60,000 bases of DNA from Squalus acanthias (taxonomy: Eukaryota). The notes under the pieces are model-generated. The model made no database searches, was not told the origin of the DNA, and saw only the letters and a list, made by a program, of their open reading frames with translations. This document shows, piece after piece, positions 36,901 to 49,309 of the stretch. Position numbers and translations under genes: made by a program. Within the stretch, counting starts at the first letter, position 1. Each line of letters opens with the position of its first letter. The stretch is taken from assembly GCA_030390025.1 (NCBI GenBank), contig CM059432.1, positions 55,802,001 to 55,862,000 on the forward strand. The letters are read 5' to 3'.

Positions 36901-38278
36901 TTTTTCTTACCCGGACCCTATTTGTTAGTGCACTCTTTTGTTTGTACGCTCTGTCCTTTCCTGACACAATCTGGTTATCCTTACCCCAATCACTTTCCTG
37001 TACTGCTTCCTTGTCTTTTTTCTTTAGCATTCTAAATTTCTCTCCACCGGGACCCTCCCCCCCCTAATTTAGTTTAAAGCCCTATCTACCTCCCTAGTTA
37101 TTCGATTTGCTAGAACTCTGGTCCCAGCATGGGTGCCAGTGCCCCACGAATCAAAACCCACTTCTCCCACACCAATCTTTGAGCCACGCATTCATCTCCC
37201 TGATCCTATTGACCCTATGCCAATTTGCTTGTGGCTCAGGTAATAATCCAGAGATTACCTTTGTGGTTCTGCTTTTTAATTTAGTCCCTAGCTGCTCAAA
37301 CTCTCTCAGCAGAACCTCTTTCTTTGTCCTACCTATGTCGTTGGTACCTACGTGGACCACGACAACTGGATCCTCCCCCTCCCACTCCAAGTTCTTCTCC
37401 AGCCCGGAGGAGATGTTCTTTACCCTGGCACCGGGTAGGCAACACAGACTTCGGGACTCATGCTCTTGGCTGCAGAGAACAGTGTCTATCCCCCTAACTA
37501 TGCTGTCCCCTACCACTACCACATTTCTTTTTGCTCCCCTTTCTTGAATGGCTCCCTGTACTACGGTGCTGTGGTCAGTTTGCTCATCCTCCCTGCAGTC
37601 CCTGCTCTCGTCCACACAGAGAGTAAGAACCTCGTACCTATTGGACAAGAGCAAGTGCTGAGGCTCCTCCACCAATACCCCCTGGTTCCCCATACCTGCC
37701 TCGCTTGTAGTCACACCCACCTGTCCCTGACTACGGACCAAATTTGAATTAATTAATCTAAGGGGTGTGACTGCCTCCTGGAACACAGCGTCCAGGTAAC
37801 TCTCCCCCTCCCTGACGTGTCGCAGTGTTTGAAGCTCGGACTCCAGCTCATCAACACGGAGCCAAAGTTCCTCGAGCAACCAACACTGACTGCAAATGTG
37901 GTTGCCTTGGACCTCAATGGTGTCCACCAGCTCCCACATGTTGCAGCAGTAACACATTGCCTGCCCTGCCATCTTTAATGTATTTAATTAATTAAGTGTT
38001 TAAGTTTTGAACGTTTAGTTTTTAATCCCGGCTCTTAATTTAAACCAATGCCCAAGAAAACAGAGAAATACTGACCAACCAATCACTTCCCTGCTTTCCT
38101 GTGATGTCACTCCTTTTTTTGTTGTTCTTTTAGTCGCCTGTTCTCTCACAGGTCAGTCCACTCCCGCTGCTGCTCCCAATAGCTCGGTCTGGGCTTCGAG
38201 CCTCGGGCTTTATTTCCTCGCTCCTCGTTCGCCTGCTCCCTCACAGGTCGGTCTGCTCCCGCTGCTGCTCCCAATAGC
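33925..38278 (-). mobile_element. Near full-length CR1 LINE (5' UTR, ORF1, ORF2, tail)
   Basis: ORF2 pieces at 34080-37030, ORF1 at 37151-37972, tail at 33925, ~40-bp direct repeat at the 5' end. Confidence 0.93.
37151..37972 (-). CDS. CR1 ORF1: Cys-rich N-terminus, coiled coil and SGNH/GDSL esterase-like domain (C-terminally deleted)
   Basis: CYCCNMW...HICSQC; LRVDELESELQTL; VVVVGDSIVRG; CLPGA; VVVHVGTNDIG. Confidence 0.85.
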   Translation of the reverse strand: MAGQAMCYCCNMWELVDTIEVQGNHICSQCWLLEELWLRVDELESELQTLRHVREGESYLDAVFQEAVTPLRLINSNLVRSQGQVGVTTSEAGMGNQGVLVEEPQHLLLSNRYEVLTLCVDESRDCREDEQTDHSTVVQGAIQERGAKRNVVVVGDSIVRGIDTVLCSQEHESRSLCCLPGARVKNISSGLEKNLEWEGEDPVVVVHVGTNDIGRTKKEVLLREFEQLGTKLKSRTTKVISGLLPEPQANWHRVNRIREMNAWLKDWCGRSGF

Positions 38279-39979
38279 TTGTTGGCCTCCAACAATCACA
38301 ACCATCTTCCTTTGTGCTAGGTATGACTCCAGCCAGTGGAGAACTTTTCTCCTGATTCCCATTGATTTCAATTTTACTAGGGCTCCTTGATGCCACACTC
38401 AGTCAAATGCTGCCTTGATGTCAAGGGCAGTCACTCTCACCTCACCTCTGGAATTCAGCTCTTTCATCTATATTTGGACTAAGGCTGTAATAAGGTCTGG
38501 AGCCGAATGGTCCTGGCGGAACCCAAACTGAGCATCAGTGAGCAGATTATTGGTGAGTAAGTGCCACTTGACAGCACTATCGATGACACCATCCATTACT
38601 TTGCTGATAATTGAGAATAGACTGATGAGGTGGTAATTGGCCGGATTTTCCTTGGTATTGTGTCCAAATGTGGCAGTGTGTGGTCACGTTATGTGACTCA
38701 TTAAGTACTGTGAGGTTACATGACAACCCCACTGCGCTTACATTGAAACCCCCCCCTCCATCATGACAGTTACAGTAATCCATTGTTTCAGAACCTTCTT
38801 TAAATAACAACTGAAATTACCTTTTTTGTTGTTGCCCTTAAGTTTTTGTGATGAAGCTGAAAGTTAGCATATTGAATAAAGAAATATTCCTCTGGAAAGC
38901 TTTGTGCTCAGTAATGAGTTGTGATGTTGAGGACCGCATTCGCACATTGGTTCGATACAAGCACCTAACAACTGGGCTGTCTGAAAAAGCATGTTGAAGG
39001 TTGGGGCTAGAGGGCTGAGAATCTAAACAAGTAGCTTCAGGACAGAAACTGGAACTGGTGGCATACTCAAGCAGCTTCCATTAAAATCTGGCAACTGAAG
39101 AAGCCTTCAGATAAAACTGAGCAGTAATCCGAAGCAGTGTCCATTGTAATACAACATGTTACCTGCCCACACTGAGCATGAAAATTATCTTTGGCCTCTC
39201 CCTCCCCACACAGACCATTAAAATAGGAAATGTCACCCAGCATCCACTCCGCCCTTAATATGGTCTTGGCACTTCATCTCCTTTACTGATCATTCAAATT
39301 GCCACCACTACCCAGAACTCTCAATCCCACCATTGAGTATTAAAATCACCCCTGGCACCTTGCCTCTCCCTCAATCGAACAGTAAATTCGGTCTTGGAAC
39401 ATTATAACTGCAACCCGCCCCCCAGCTCAGAGGAAAATCCTGGCCTGTTAACCCCTCTTGCTGAGAGTTTTCCAGCTTCCTTACCGCTCCACTGTGGTAG
39501 TTTCCCTGCCATTGCTTCCCATATCCCCATCCCACTTCTTATTTCCCCATCTCCTCAAGCCCTTTCCTCTTATTCCCCCATTTACAATTTGTGAACCCCT
39601 CCCTCCTCCACATTCTTTCCCTCCTGCCCCCTCCCCCGCCTGGATCAAATTATCTCTTGCATTCTAACTCTACTTGACTTGAATGCTGCCTTTGGTCTTG
39701 ACTCCGCATGTACAAAGTCATGGGAGACTGAATAATATGGTACAATTTTAAAGTGGGTGCAGGAACAGAGAGATCTGGGGCTAACATACACAAATCTTTG
39801 AAGGTGGCAGGACAAGTTGATAAAGCTGATAAAAAAAATTGTACGGGTTCCTTGGCTTTATAAATAGAGGCATAGCGTACTAAAGCAAGGAAGTTTGCTA
39901 AGCAATTCCGTGATTTGGAGCAGGGGTCAGACGAGGAGATAATGCATTCCAAAAGGTTTGGAGAAACACGTCCCATTTA

Positions 39980-41460
39980 TCCCTACCAGCGTTTACACCT
40001 ATAGGTTAGCATTTCAGAGGTAAACACACCTGATCCAATTTCCTTCAGCTCAACATCAAGAACATTAACAATATTGTCTTCAGCTCCTGCCATAAACTCC
40101 ACTTCCTTGCCACTGACTCCATCCCGCTATCCAAGTAGAATTGGACTGTCCGCTATCTTTGCATCCTGTTCAATCCTGAGCTAACCTTTAAACCCAACAT
40201 CCTATTCATCACCATGACTGCTTACTTTCACTTCTGCAACACTGCCTACCGCAACCTCAGCCTCAGAAACCCTCTTTGTCTCTTCCATACTTGACTACTG
40301 ATACTTTATTTGCCGGCCCTCCCCATCCTCCATAAACTCCAATGTCAAAATTCTGCTGCATCTGTCCTGTTCTGCACTCCCACTTGCTCATCATTTCCCT
40401 CCTCATTTACACTGCGCCTCTGTTCCCCAACACATGGGCCTGTAATTTGCGGTCAGCGGCGAAGCAAAGGCCCCGAAGAAAGCTGCCTACAGAGATTGCG
40501 TGATCTCTGTGGCGAGAAGTTTGCCTTTTTCAATGTTCAATTGATTGCAGTACTCTGTCATGGGGATTCCTGTGGCAATGCTGCAGTGGCGTCAACAAGC
40601 TGTCTAAGCAGCCAATCACATTGAAGAATTCTCACAGCCAGGAAACCAGGAAATGAGAAGCTGCTTTTATCCAGACTTTTTAAAAATGTTACAGAGAGTG
40701 AAATAAAGATTAGACTTTCATATGTGGATAAGGTAGAGGCTGAAATATAATGAAGACTTTACATTTTTTTTTAATTTTTAGAAACTTGTCATTTTTATCA
40801 TAATGGACAAATTTGACACACCACAAATATAAAAATTAGTTTTTCAGGGCCAGAACATTTGTTTACCAGTCAATACGCTGTTTAAACCCCAGTTACACCT
40901 ATTCCAACAAGGCTTAACATTTAATGGGGTATTTAACAGCAATATTATTGTGGAAAAGCCCAGGTTTTTGTCACTGGTTACACGGATTGCCAGCTATCGG
41001 GGGTGGGGGGGAGATATACTGCGCAGGCAGTGTTGGAGCTGTGAATGACTGACTGCAACATCAGGATTTCCATATTTAGATGCGCATGCGCTAAATCCTG
41101 AAGTTGCGGTCAGTTTCAGAAGGGTAATGACGGTGAATGCTGACAGTTCGCCGTCATTGCTTACCGCATATTCCCGGCCATTGAATTCAAAATCTTTGCC
41201 TTTGGTTCAAAATCCCTTGATTACCTTGCCCCACCCTACGTTTGCAAACTCCTTCGGCACCATATCTCTTCCTGAATGGTCAATTTCTGACTCTAGCCTT
41301 CTATGCATCCACCCTTTCCTCTGGCCCAACATTGTTCAGAAAACTTTCAGCTGCTTCAGTCCTCCTCTTTGGATCTCCATCCCTAAATCTTTCCACTGCT
41401 CTCTCCACCTTTAAAAACCTCCTGAAAAGCCATCTTTTTGACCTTACTTTTGGCTAGCCT
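39980..41460 (+). mobile_element. Old L2-like LINE 3' fragment interrupted by a MITE
   Basis: Decayed LDY...LHKLQ..QNSAA peptide and a 3' segment encoding LSTFKNLLKSHLF. Confidence 0.6.
40437..41179. mobile_element. Harbinger-type MITE
   Basis: Imperfect 21-bp TIRs (GGCCTGTAATTTGCGGTCAGC vs reverse complement GGCCGGGAATATGCGGTAAGC, 17/21); flanks ATG / ATT; AT-rich core. Confidence 0.7.
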
Positions 41461-41497
41461 TCCAAAACACATACAACAACTTGTATTTATATACGAT

Positions 41498-42148
41498 AGC
41501 AAAATACTGCAGATGCTGGAAATCCAAAATAACAACAGAAAATGCTGGAAAAACTCAGCAGGCGAGGCAGCATCCGTGGAGAGAGAAACAGAGTTAACGT
41601 TTCAGGTCGAAGACCTTTCATCAGAACTGGAAATAGCAGGAAATTAAATAGATTTAAGGCAAGGATAAAGCTGGGAAAAGGGGGAGGGGATGAAAGAACA
41701 AAAGGAGAGATTAAGAGACATTAAGAGATGATCAAGGCAAGAGGTGGTGTTAATGTGACAGGTTGAGGCTAAAAGAAGTGTGAAATGCACTGGCAGAATG
41801 AAGGACAGCTGCCAGCTTCTAGGAGGGAAAAAAAGGGGGCGGGGGGGCAAACAAAAGGGTGGATGAAAAAATAAAATATAAATGTGATAGGGGCTGAGGT
41901 TATGATCTAAAATTGTTGAACTCGATATTGAATCCAGAGGGTTGTAGCGTGCCTAAACGAAAGATGAGGTGCTGTTCCTCGAGCTTACGCTGCGCTTCCG
42001 TGGAACAGTGTAATAGGCCGAGGACGGTGAGGTCAGAGTGGGAGTGAAGCGGTGAATTAAAGTGACAGGCGACCGGGAGCTCGGGGTCCCCCTTACGGAC
42101 TGAACGGAGGTGTTCCGCAAAGCGGTCACCCAATCTGCGTTTGGTCCA
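41498..42148 (-). mobile_element. Penelope-like element 3' fragment
   Basis: RLGDRFAEHLRSV...GTLQPSGFNIEF and a terminal repeat like that of 30660-31650. Confidence 0.9.
41592..41628 (-). ncRNA. Minimal type I hammerhead ribozyme motif in a Penelope terminal repeat
   Basis: - strand: AGTT CTGATGA A AGGTC-TTC-GACCT GAA ACGT T AACT (stem I AGTT/AACT, 5-bp stem II, palindromic ACGT). Confidence 0.72.
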
Positions 42149-42149
42149 A

Positions 42150-42489
42150 CCACACAGCAAGGTCCCACAAACAGCAATGTGATAATGACCAGATAATCAG
42201 TTTTTTGTTATGTTGGTTGAGGGATACATATTGGCCAGGACACTGGGGATAATTCCCCTGCTTTTCTTCGAAATAGTGCTATGGTGTCTTTTACGTCCAC
42301 CTGAGAGAGCAGATGGGGCCTCGGCTTAACGTCTCATCTGAAAGACGGCACCTCCAACAGTGCAGCTCTCCCTCAGCACTGCACTGGAGTGTCAGCCTAG
42401 CTTTATGCGCTCAAGTCTCTGGAGTGGAACTTGAACCCACAACCTTCTGACTCAGAGGCGAGTGTGCTACCAACTGAGCCACAGCTGAC
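42150..42489 (-). mobile_element. tRNA-derived DeuSINE-like element (partial)
   Basis: Reverse complement of the 50660-51120 SINE, including the A and B boxes. Confidence 0.85.
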
Positions 42490-43350
42490 GTAGTAAAACA
42501 TCCCAATGCGCTGCACAGGAGTATCTTAAAACAAAAAAATTGACACCGAGTCACCTAAGGAGAAATTAGGGCAGCTGACCAAAAGCTTGGTCAAAGAGGT
42601 AGGTTTTAAGGAGCGTCTTAAAGGAGGAAAGAGAGGTAGCGAGGCAGCGAGTTTTAGGCAGGGAATTCCAGCGCTTAGGGCCTTGTCAACAGAAGGCACA
42701 GCCACCAAAGGTTGAGTGATTATAATCAGGGATGTTCAAGAGGGCAGAATTAGAGGAGCACAGATATCTCGGGGGTGGGGGGGGGGGGGGTAGGTTGTGG
42801 GTCTGAAGGAAGGGGCGAGGCCATGGAGGGATTTGAAAACAAGGATGAGAATTTTGAAATCGAGGCGCTGCTTAACTGGTCAGTGAGCACAGGGGAGATG
42901 GGCGAACGGGACTTGGTGCGAGTTAGGACACGGGCAGCCGAGTTTTGGATGCCCTCAAGTTTACGTAGGGTGGAATGTGGGAAGCCAGCCAGGAGTGCGT
43001 TGGAATAGTCAAGTCAAGAGGTAACAAAGGCATGGATGAGAGTTTCAGCAGCGGATGAGCTGAGGCAAGGGCAGAGACGGGCGATGTTACGGAGGTGGAA
43101 GTAGGCGGTCTTGGTTATGCTGCGGATATGTGGTTGGAAAATCATTTTAGGGTCAAATATGACACCCAAGGTTGCGAACTGTGTGGTTCAGCCTCAGACA
43201 GATGTTAGGGAGAGGGATGGAGTCAGTGGTTAGGGAACGGAGTTTGTGGCGGGGACCGAAAACAATGGCTTCGGTCTTCCTAATATTTAATTGGAGAAAA
43301 TCTTTGCTCATCCAGAACTGTATGTCGGACAAGCAGTCTGACAATTTAGA
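42490..43350 (-). mobile_element. L2 LINE 3' fragment
   Basis: LSDCLSDIQFWMSKDFLQLNIRKTE peptide and L2-type 3' end; similar copy at 47965-48472. Confidence 0.85.
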
Positions 43351-43729
43351 CACAGTGCAAAAGGCAAAATACTGCAGATGCTGGAAATCTGAAATATAAA
43401 CAGAAAATTCTGAAAATACTCAGCAGGTCAGGCAGCATCTGTGGAAAGACGTTTCTGGTCGATGACATTTCGTCAGAACCTCCTAAACTGCTCCTTGGCT
43501 TCGAATCCATTTTCATTATGCCTATTTCTGAAGAACTTTGGGATTTTTTTTAACATTAAAGGCACTATATAAATCAAGTTACTGTTGATGAACGGTCTCT
43601 AACCAGCCTTCCTTTCCAGTTGCTGACAGGCAGAATTTTATGTTTTTATTTAAACGAAAGATGGAGCTTAACATCTACTCATTAAATAGACCTAGTTGCT
43701 TGTGCACTGTATTGCGGGCCCAGGCCTAA

Positions 43730-43975
43730 TTGACGTGAGCTCGGGCCGGGCTCCTGCAGGGGCTGTAATTTGATGCATGCGCAGTGCGCTCGGGCCGGGC
43801 TCTTGATCGTGTAAATTCGCGCATGCGCAGTGCGCTCGGACCGGGCTCATGAGGATGGTGTAAATATGCGCATGCGTAGTGCGCTCGGGCCGGGCTTATA
43901 CGTGCGGTAAACCAACGCATGCGTCGTGCGCTCGGGCCGGGTTCCTGTGAGTGTTTGAACAGGAAGGCGGACATG
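43730..43975 (+). promoter_or_regulatory. ROCK1 CpG-rich promoter with tandem NRF1-type motif array
   Basis: Five ~46-49-bp units built on GCATGCG(C/T)(A/C)GTGCGCTCGGGCCGGGCTC; four contain (GC)GCATGCG. CRE-like TGACGTGA at 43730. About 750 bp upstream of the ROCK1 ATG. Confidence 0.75.
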
Positions 43976-44710
43976 TTGATCAGGAAAAGAAAGTTGCAAC
44001 TGTCGGGTAGATTTTCAGGAAGAAAAAAAATTGTTCTGCATTCCCACCGTCTTTGAGAAAGAAGTCGGAGAATAATAATCCTCTTTTTTTTTAAAGCTCG
44101 TAGTGATTTAAAGCTAGCTACTTATCGGGGATCTGCGAACGGAGTTTTATGTTAAGCGATGTGCACAGAGGATGTTAAATGTGCGCCGTGTTATCCGGTG
44201 TGAAGAAATATTTGCAGAAGTTCATTTTCCTGAGCTGAAGCTGTCAAGAGACCAGATGTGTGGTTCAGGCCTTTAGCTGAGGCCTGGCACAACTGCCTGA
44301 AAACTGCTTTCTTCAAATTGAACTGTAAAACAAAATTGCCCATTTCTACTGTTTCAATACCGAGTTGGACGAATATATATATAAATAAATATATTTTTAA
44401 GTACATTCTTTTTTGTAAACGAGCCAGTGCCCTCTTAGACGTTGAAGAGGAACTTGAAAAGTTTTTCTTCTATTTATTTTTTTAAAATGCGGCAGATAAT
44501 TCGCAAAAGCGCCATGAAAATTTTTATGGTTCCAAGTGAAAAAAATCTGTTGGGTGAAACTCTGCTGTGAAGCCGTTTGCAGCGACTGTTAAATACATCT
44601 GTTCGTTGCTCCGTGAAGAGGCTGTCACAGTCATATCGGAAGTGCTTATTTTGTATAGGTTTTGTTTACTTTTTAATTGGGACGAAACTTTATAAAATAA
44701 CGTGGACACC

Positions 44711-44803
44711 ATGTCGTCTGGAGAAAGTTTGGAGGCTCGGTTTGAAAAAATCGAATCCATGTTAAAGGATCCCAAGTGCGAAGTGAACAGTGAATGTTTG
44801 CTG
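44711..44803 (+). CDS. ROCK1: Rho-associated protein kinase 1, first coding exon
   Basis: Kozak-like ACACCATG; MSSGESLEARFEKIESMLKDPKCEVNSECLL resembles human MSTGDSFETRFEKMDNLLRDPKSEVNSDCLL; 93 nt then GTAAGT donor. No exon 2 recognised in the window. Confidence 0.93.
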
Positions 44804-45479
44804 GTAAGTGTGAAGCTTAATTATGAGTTTAATGCATTTCTTTTGATGCTCCAAGTAATTTGACCAGAGGCTTAGACGTGATCTTCAAGTTTCAAAGCAA
44901 GATGCTCATTGGTTAGATGTCAATTTTGTGTGCTTCACATTATTTTCCACAGATACATTTTGTGTGATCAGTAATTCCACTGTTGAATTTATGGTTATCT
45001 AAGAATAAACCAGTGTCCAGTATATTGAATGTACTACCCATTGCACTATATTCTGAGTGGGTGCTCTTAAAATGCACAATAATGCTTTTTGCTTATTGGC
45101 AGATTAGAAGAATAGAGTTGCTGAGTTATAAAATTCGATAGACTTGAAGCAGTAAATTACAATAACATGATTTGAGCCATTGTCTTTGGTATATATGATC
45201 AGTACAAAGTATCTTACATTGGTTGTGATATGTTCCTTTTACATGTGAAAGTTTCATACCACCATAGGTGTTGCAGATATAATTCAGGTTATAAATGCAA
45301 GTTGTTTTGTTGTAAATACTTCTGGTACTCCTGATCAATCAGGAATGAGATTCACCAGAAACAAGATATAAAATATAGTTCCTTTTAACTAGAATAGCCT
45401 AGAGTACTCTTGGATGGAGCAAGAGAGATCAAAATGTTTCCTTGACCTTTGCATCTTTAATGAAAAACATTTAAAATTG

Positions 45480-47720
45480 TTCCATTGTCCGATGCTCATT
45501 TGTTACCCATCCTTAGTTGCCCAGAGCAGGTGGTGGTGTACCTCTGCAGAACTTCTGGCGATGGTGCTTCCACAATTTTGTTAGGAAGGGATTTCTAGGA
45601 TTTTGACCTGGTGACAATGAAGGAATGGTGATATATGGCCAAGTCAGGATGGCGTGTGACTTGGCGGTATTGGTGTTTCCATGACATTTGCTGCACTTAA
45701 TCCTTTTTTCAGTGGGAATTGTCGCAGGGCTGGGAATACTGCTGAGTTAAGTTTGGCGAGTTGCTGCCGTGCATGCGTACTGTAGCTATAGTACACCTTG
45801 GTGAAGGGGACGGATATTGAGTCCAGTGGCAGAAGTGCAGATCAAGCAGACTGCTCTGTCCTGAATGGTTTTGAATTTCTGAGTGCTGTTGTGATTGCAC
45901 TCATTCAGGTGAGTCATGAGTATTCCATCACACTTTTAAAGTGGTAGCACTCACCACTGAATCAGAAGGTTGTGGGTTCAATTCCCATTCCAGAGATTTG
46001 AGCACATAATCTAGGCTGACACTCCATGCATTCACCTGAGAGTACTGTCGGAAGTGCCATCTTTTGGAAGAGATGTTAAACCGAGGCTCCGTCTGCCCTC
46101 TCAGGTGGATGTAAAAGATCCCATGGCACTATTTTGAAGAAGAGTGGTAGAATTCTCTCTGGTGTCCTGGTCAATAATTATCCCTCAAGTAACATCACTA
46201 AAATGATTATCTGGTCATTATCCCATTGCTGTTTGTGCTTGCTGCCACGTTTCCTACATTACAACAGTGACTACACTTCAAAAAGTACTTATTTGTCTGT
46301 AAGGCACTTTTTGGGGGCGTCCTGAGGTCGTGAAAGGCGCTATATAAGTGCAACTTGTTTCACACTTGTGACTTGTAGATGGTGGAGAGGGTTTGTGAGG
46401 TGAGCCACAGATCATAGAGTACTGAGCTTCTGTAATGCTTTTTAGCCACTGTGTTGATTTTGCCTAGTGTAGTTAGGCTTCAGGTCATTGGTGACCTCCA
46501 AGATGTTCATGGAGGACTCGGTGATGGTGTTGCAGTTGAAGATCGGGGTAGTGGTTGGGCTTTTTCTTGTTGAAGGTCATTGCCTGGTACTTGTGTAGTG
46601 CTGATTTTATTTTGTCAGCCCAAGTCTGGATGTTGTCCAGATCCTGCTGTAGGCTGGATTAGCATTTACTTGGTGCATTTCTAATAACTCTGAATCCCAC
46701 TTGTTTATAAGAACCTGTACCGTTCCTTCTTGAAACCCATTAAGGTTTCTTGTTGCACCACTTGAGCCAGTAAATCCACATATTTGCCTCCCTTTTAGTA
46801 AAATAGTTCCTCCTGCATTTCTTATTTCCTTAATTTGTAATTATGATCCCTTGTGTTTAAATTCTTCTGTACTTGGCAGAAAAGCTTACTTGGATCCAAC
46901 TTGTCCAAACCTGGCGAAACCTGAACTGAGCATTGGCGAGCAAGTTATTGTTGAGTAGGTGCACTTCATGGCACTGTTGATGACTCCTTCCATCGCTTTA
47001 CTGATGACTGGGAAGAGGCTGATAGGGTGGTAATTGGCCAGGTTAGATAAGATTTATCCTGGCCAATTTTCATATCAAGTAATTACCATGTCGTGGCTAC
47101 ATTGGAACAGCTTTGACAGGGGAAACGGCTAGATCTAGTGCACAAGTCTTCAGCTAGGATGTTGTTCAAGCCCAAAGTCTTTACTGTGCCCAGTACACTC
47201 AGCTGCTTCTTAATGTCATGTGGAGAGAACTAAGTTAGCTGGATACTGGCATCTATAGGATGGGAAACTTGGAAGGAGGCCAAATAGAATCGTCCACATG
47301 ATACATTTAGCTGAAGATGCTGGTAAATGCTTCAGCCTTGTCTATTGCACTCCTGTTCTGAGCGCTGCCATGACTGATAGCGATATTCAATGAGCCTCAT
47401 CCTTCCCCCATTACTTGTCTGAATATCCACCACTATTCTTGACTGGATGTGGTAGCACGATAACATTTTGCTCTGATCCATTAGTTGTTAACTCTGTCTA
47501 GGGCTTGCTGCTTTTAATGCTTAGCATGCAGTGTTATAGCTTCAAGAGGTTGCCATTTCACACCCTTCTGAGCTTTTCATTGAACTAGATGATGGACAAG
47601 TGAGGGATGTGTCAAACCATACGGTTACCGGTTGTAGTGGTACACAATTCTGCTGCTGATGACCCACAGCAACTCATGGGTACCCAGTTTTGGGCTGCTA
47701 GATCTATCCTTGGTCTTTCC
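45480..47720 (-). mobile_element. Old, fragmented CR1/L2-group LINE in ROCK1 intron 1
   Basis: Decayed similarity to the 32950-38660 element; interrupted by a SINE. Confidence 0.55.
45940..46360 (+). mobile_element. tRNA-derived DeuSINE-like element
   Basis: B box GGTTCAATTCC; same core and tail as 50660-51120. Confidence 0.85.
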
Positions 47721-47964
47721 CACTTAGTAGCCATATTTAGTCAAACATAGATGCAGCTACACAAAAGCAAAATACTCCAGATGCTGGAAATCTGAAATAA
47801 AAACAGAAAATGCTGGAAATACTCAGCAGGTCAGGCAGCATCTGTGGAGAGAGGAACAGCGTTAATGTTTCAGGTGAGGCAAATTGGCGGTTTTTCTAGC
47901 TAATTACAAAGTGCTTACTAACTTATCTAGACTATTTGACATAAATGCACTGAGGTCAGAATTA

Positions 47965-48472
47965 ACAACAACAACTTGTATTTATATAGCGCCTTTAATG
48001 TAGTAAAACGTCCCAAGGCGCTGCACAGGTGTATTTTAAGACAAAAAATTTGACACCGATCCACATAAGGATAAATTAGGGCAGGTGACCAAAAGCTTGG
48101 TCAAAGAGGTAGGTTTTAAGGAGCGTCTTAAAGGAGGAAAGAGAGGTAACGAGGCGGAGAGGTTTTGGCAAGGAATTCCATGAGCTTGGGGCCTAGGCAA
48201 CAGAAGACACGGCCACCAAAGGTTGAGCGATTATAATCAGGGATCCTCAAGAGGGCAGAATTAGAGGAGCGCAGATATCTCTGGAGGGTTGTGGGGCTGA
48301 AGGAGATTAGAGATAGGATGGGGTGAGGCCATGGAGGGATTTGAAAACAAGGATGAGAATTTTGAAATCAAGGCGCTGCTTAACTGGGAGCCAGTGTAGG
48401 TCAGCGAGCACAGGGGTGATGGGTGAACGGGATTTGGTGCGAGTTAGGACACAGGCAGCCGAGTTTTGGATG
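47965..48472 (-). mobile_element. L2 LINE 3' end
   Basis: (ACA)n tail followed by ACTTGTATTTATATAGCGCCTTT; matches 42490-42950. Confidence 0.85.
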
Positions 48473-49309
48473 AATTAAACTTAAAAAAAAAACTCTGGTA
48501 GTGAGTGAGTTCTTCAGCCTTTGTCCTAAACCGCTTGCATTTAATCTTGTATCTTGTATCTATGTCTTCTTGTTCTAGACCCTTCAACCACCGGAAACAG
48601 TCTGCTTCTATATTCTTTGTCCGATCCCTTCATAATCTTAAACCCTTCTATTGAGTCACTCCTTAATTTCCTCTGTGCATTATACAAAAATACAGAGGAG
48701 AGATGTAAGCTTAGTCATTGGTGTATGAAAACATATTTGTATATGCATTAGGTTGCAAACAGCAGGATTCAATTGTAACAGGACAGAACTCGGATGATGC
48801 CTGAAGCACAAAGAGACAAATTATACTGGGATGCTAACAGGTAAGTCACAGGTTTGTAATAACATTGTGTATGCTCTAGCAAGCCAGCTTTTCATCGTGA
48901 TAGTTTATAGACTTAAATGCGGAGTTAACTGTCAGCTTGGGTCACACGTGGCTTCTAAACCTCGGCAATCTGGCCCTTGAAGCCCAAGTAACTCAGTCGT
49001 ATTTGGAATTCTTTCTTTTTTGCTGGTTTGTTTAGTTTGAATTTTAAGGGCTTAGAGGTGTGGAAAGGCGTACTCTTCTGTTACATTACATCAATGGTAG
49101 ATTAATCCTAAATGAAAATACAAATAGCTGTTGGTATCAGCAACTTGAAATATATGCAAATTAATGGGAACATGATCTTCGTCATCCCTAAGGCTCTGTG
49201 ATATAAACTTATGCAGCCCATAAAAATAAAAAGCTTGGACACCTCTGGTATGGTGTGAATACAGTACACCTTGTCACACTACAATTTGTGAGACTGGAAT
49301 CTGGAAATT

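Larger units (their letters stand above)
32950..38660 (-). mobile_element. CR1/L2-group (Crack/Daphne-like) LINE split by the 33925-38278 CR1
   Basis: MFADG, LDTIQDKAA and SLHHRR peptides at 32950-33924 continue at ~38280-38660 (VWHQGALVKL). The same 3' end recurs near 45490 and 59915. Confidence 0.7.

Noticed and set aside
43730..43950. CRISPR-like repeat-spacer appearance
   Set aside because: Vertebrate context, no cas genes, short related spacers, and position at the ROCK1 promoter with NRF1 motifs.
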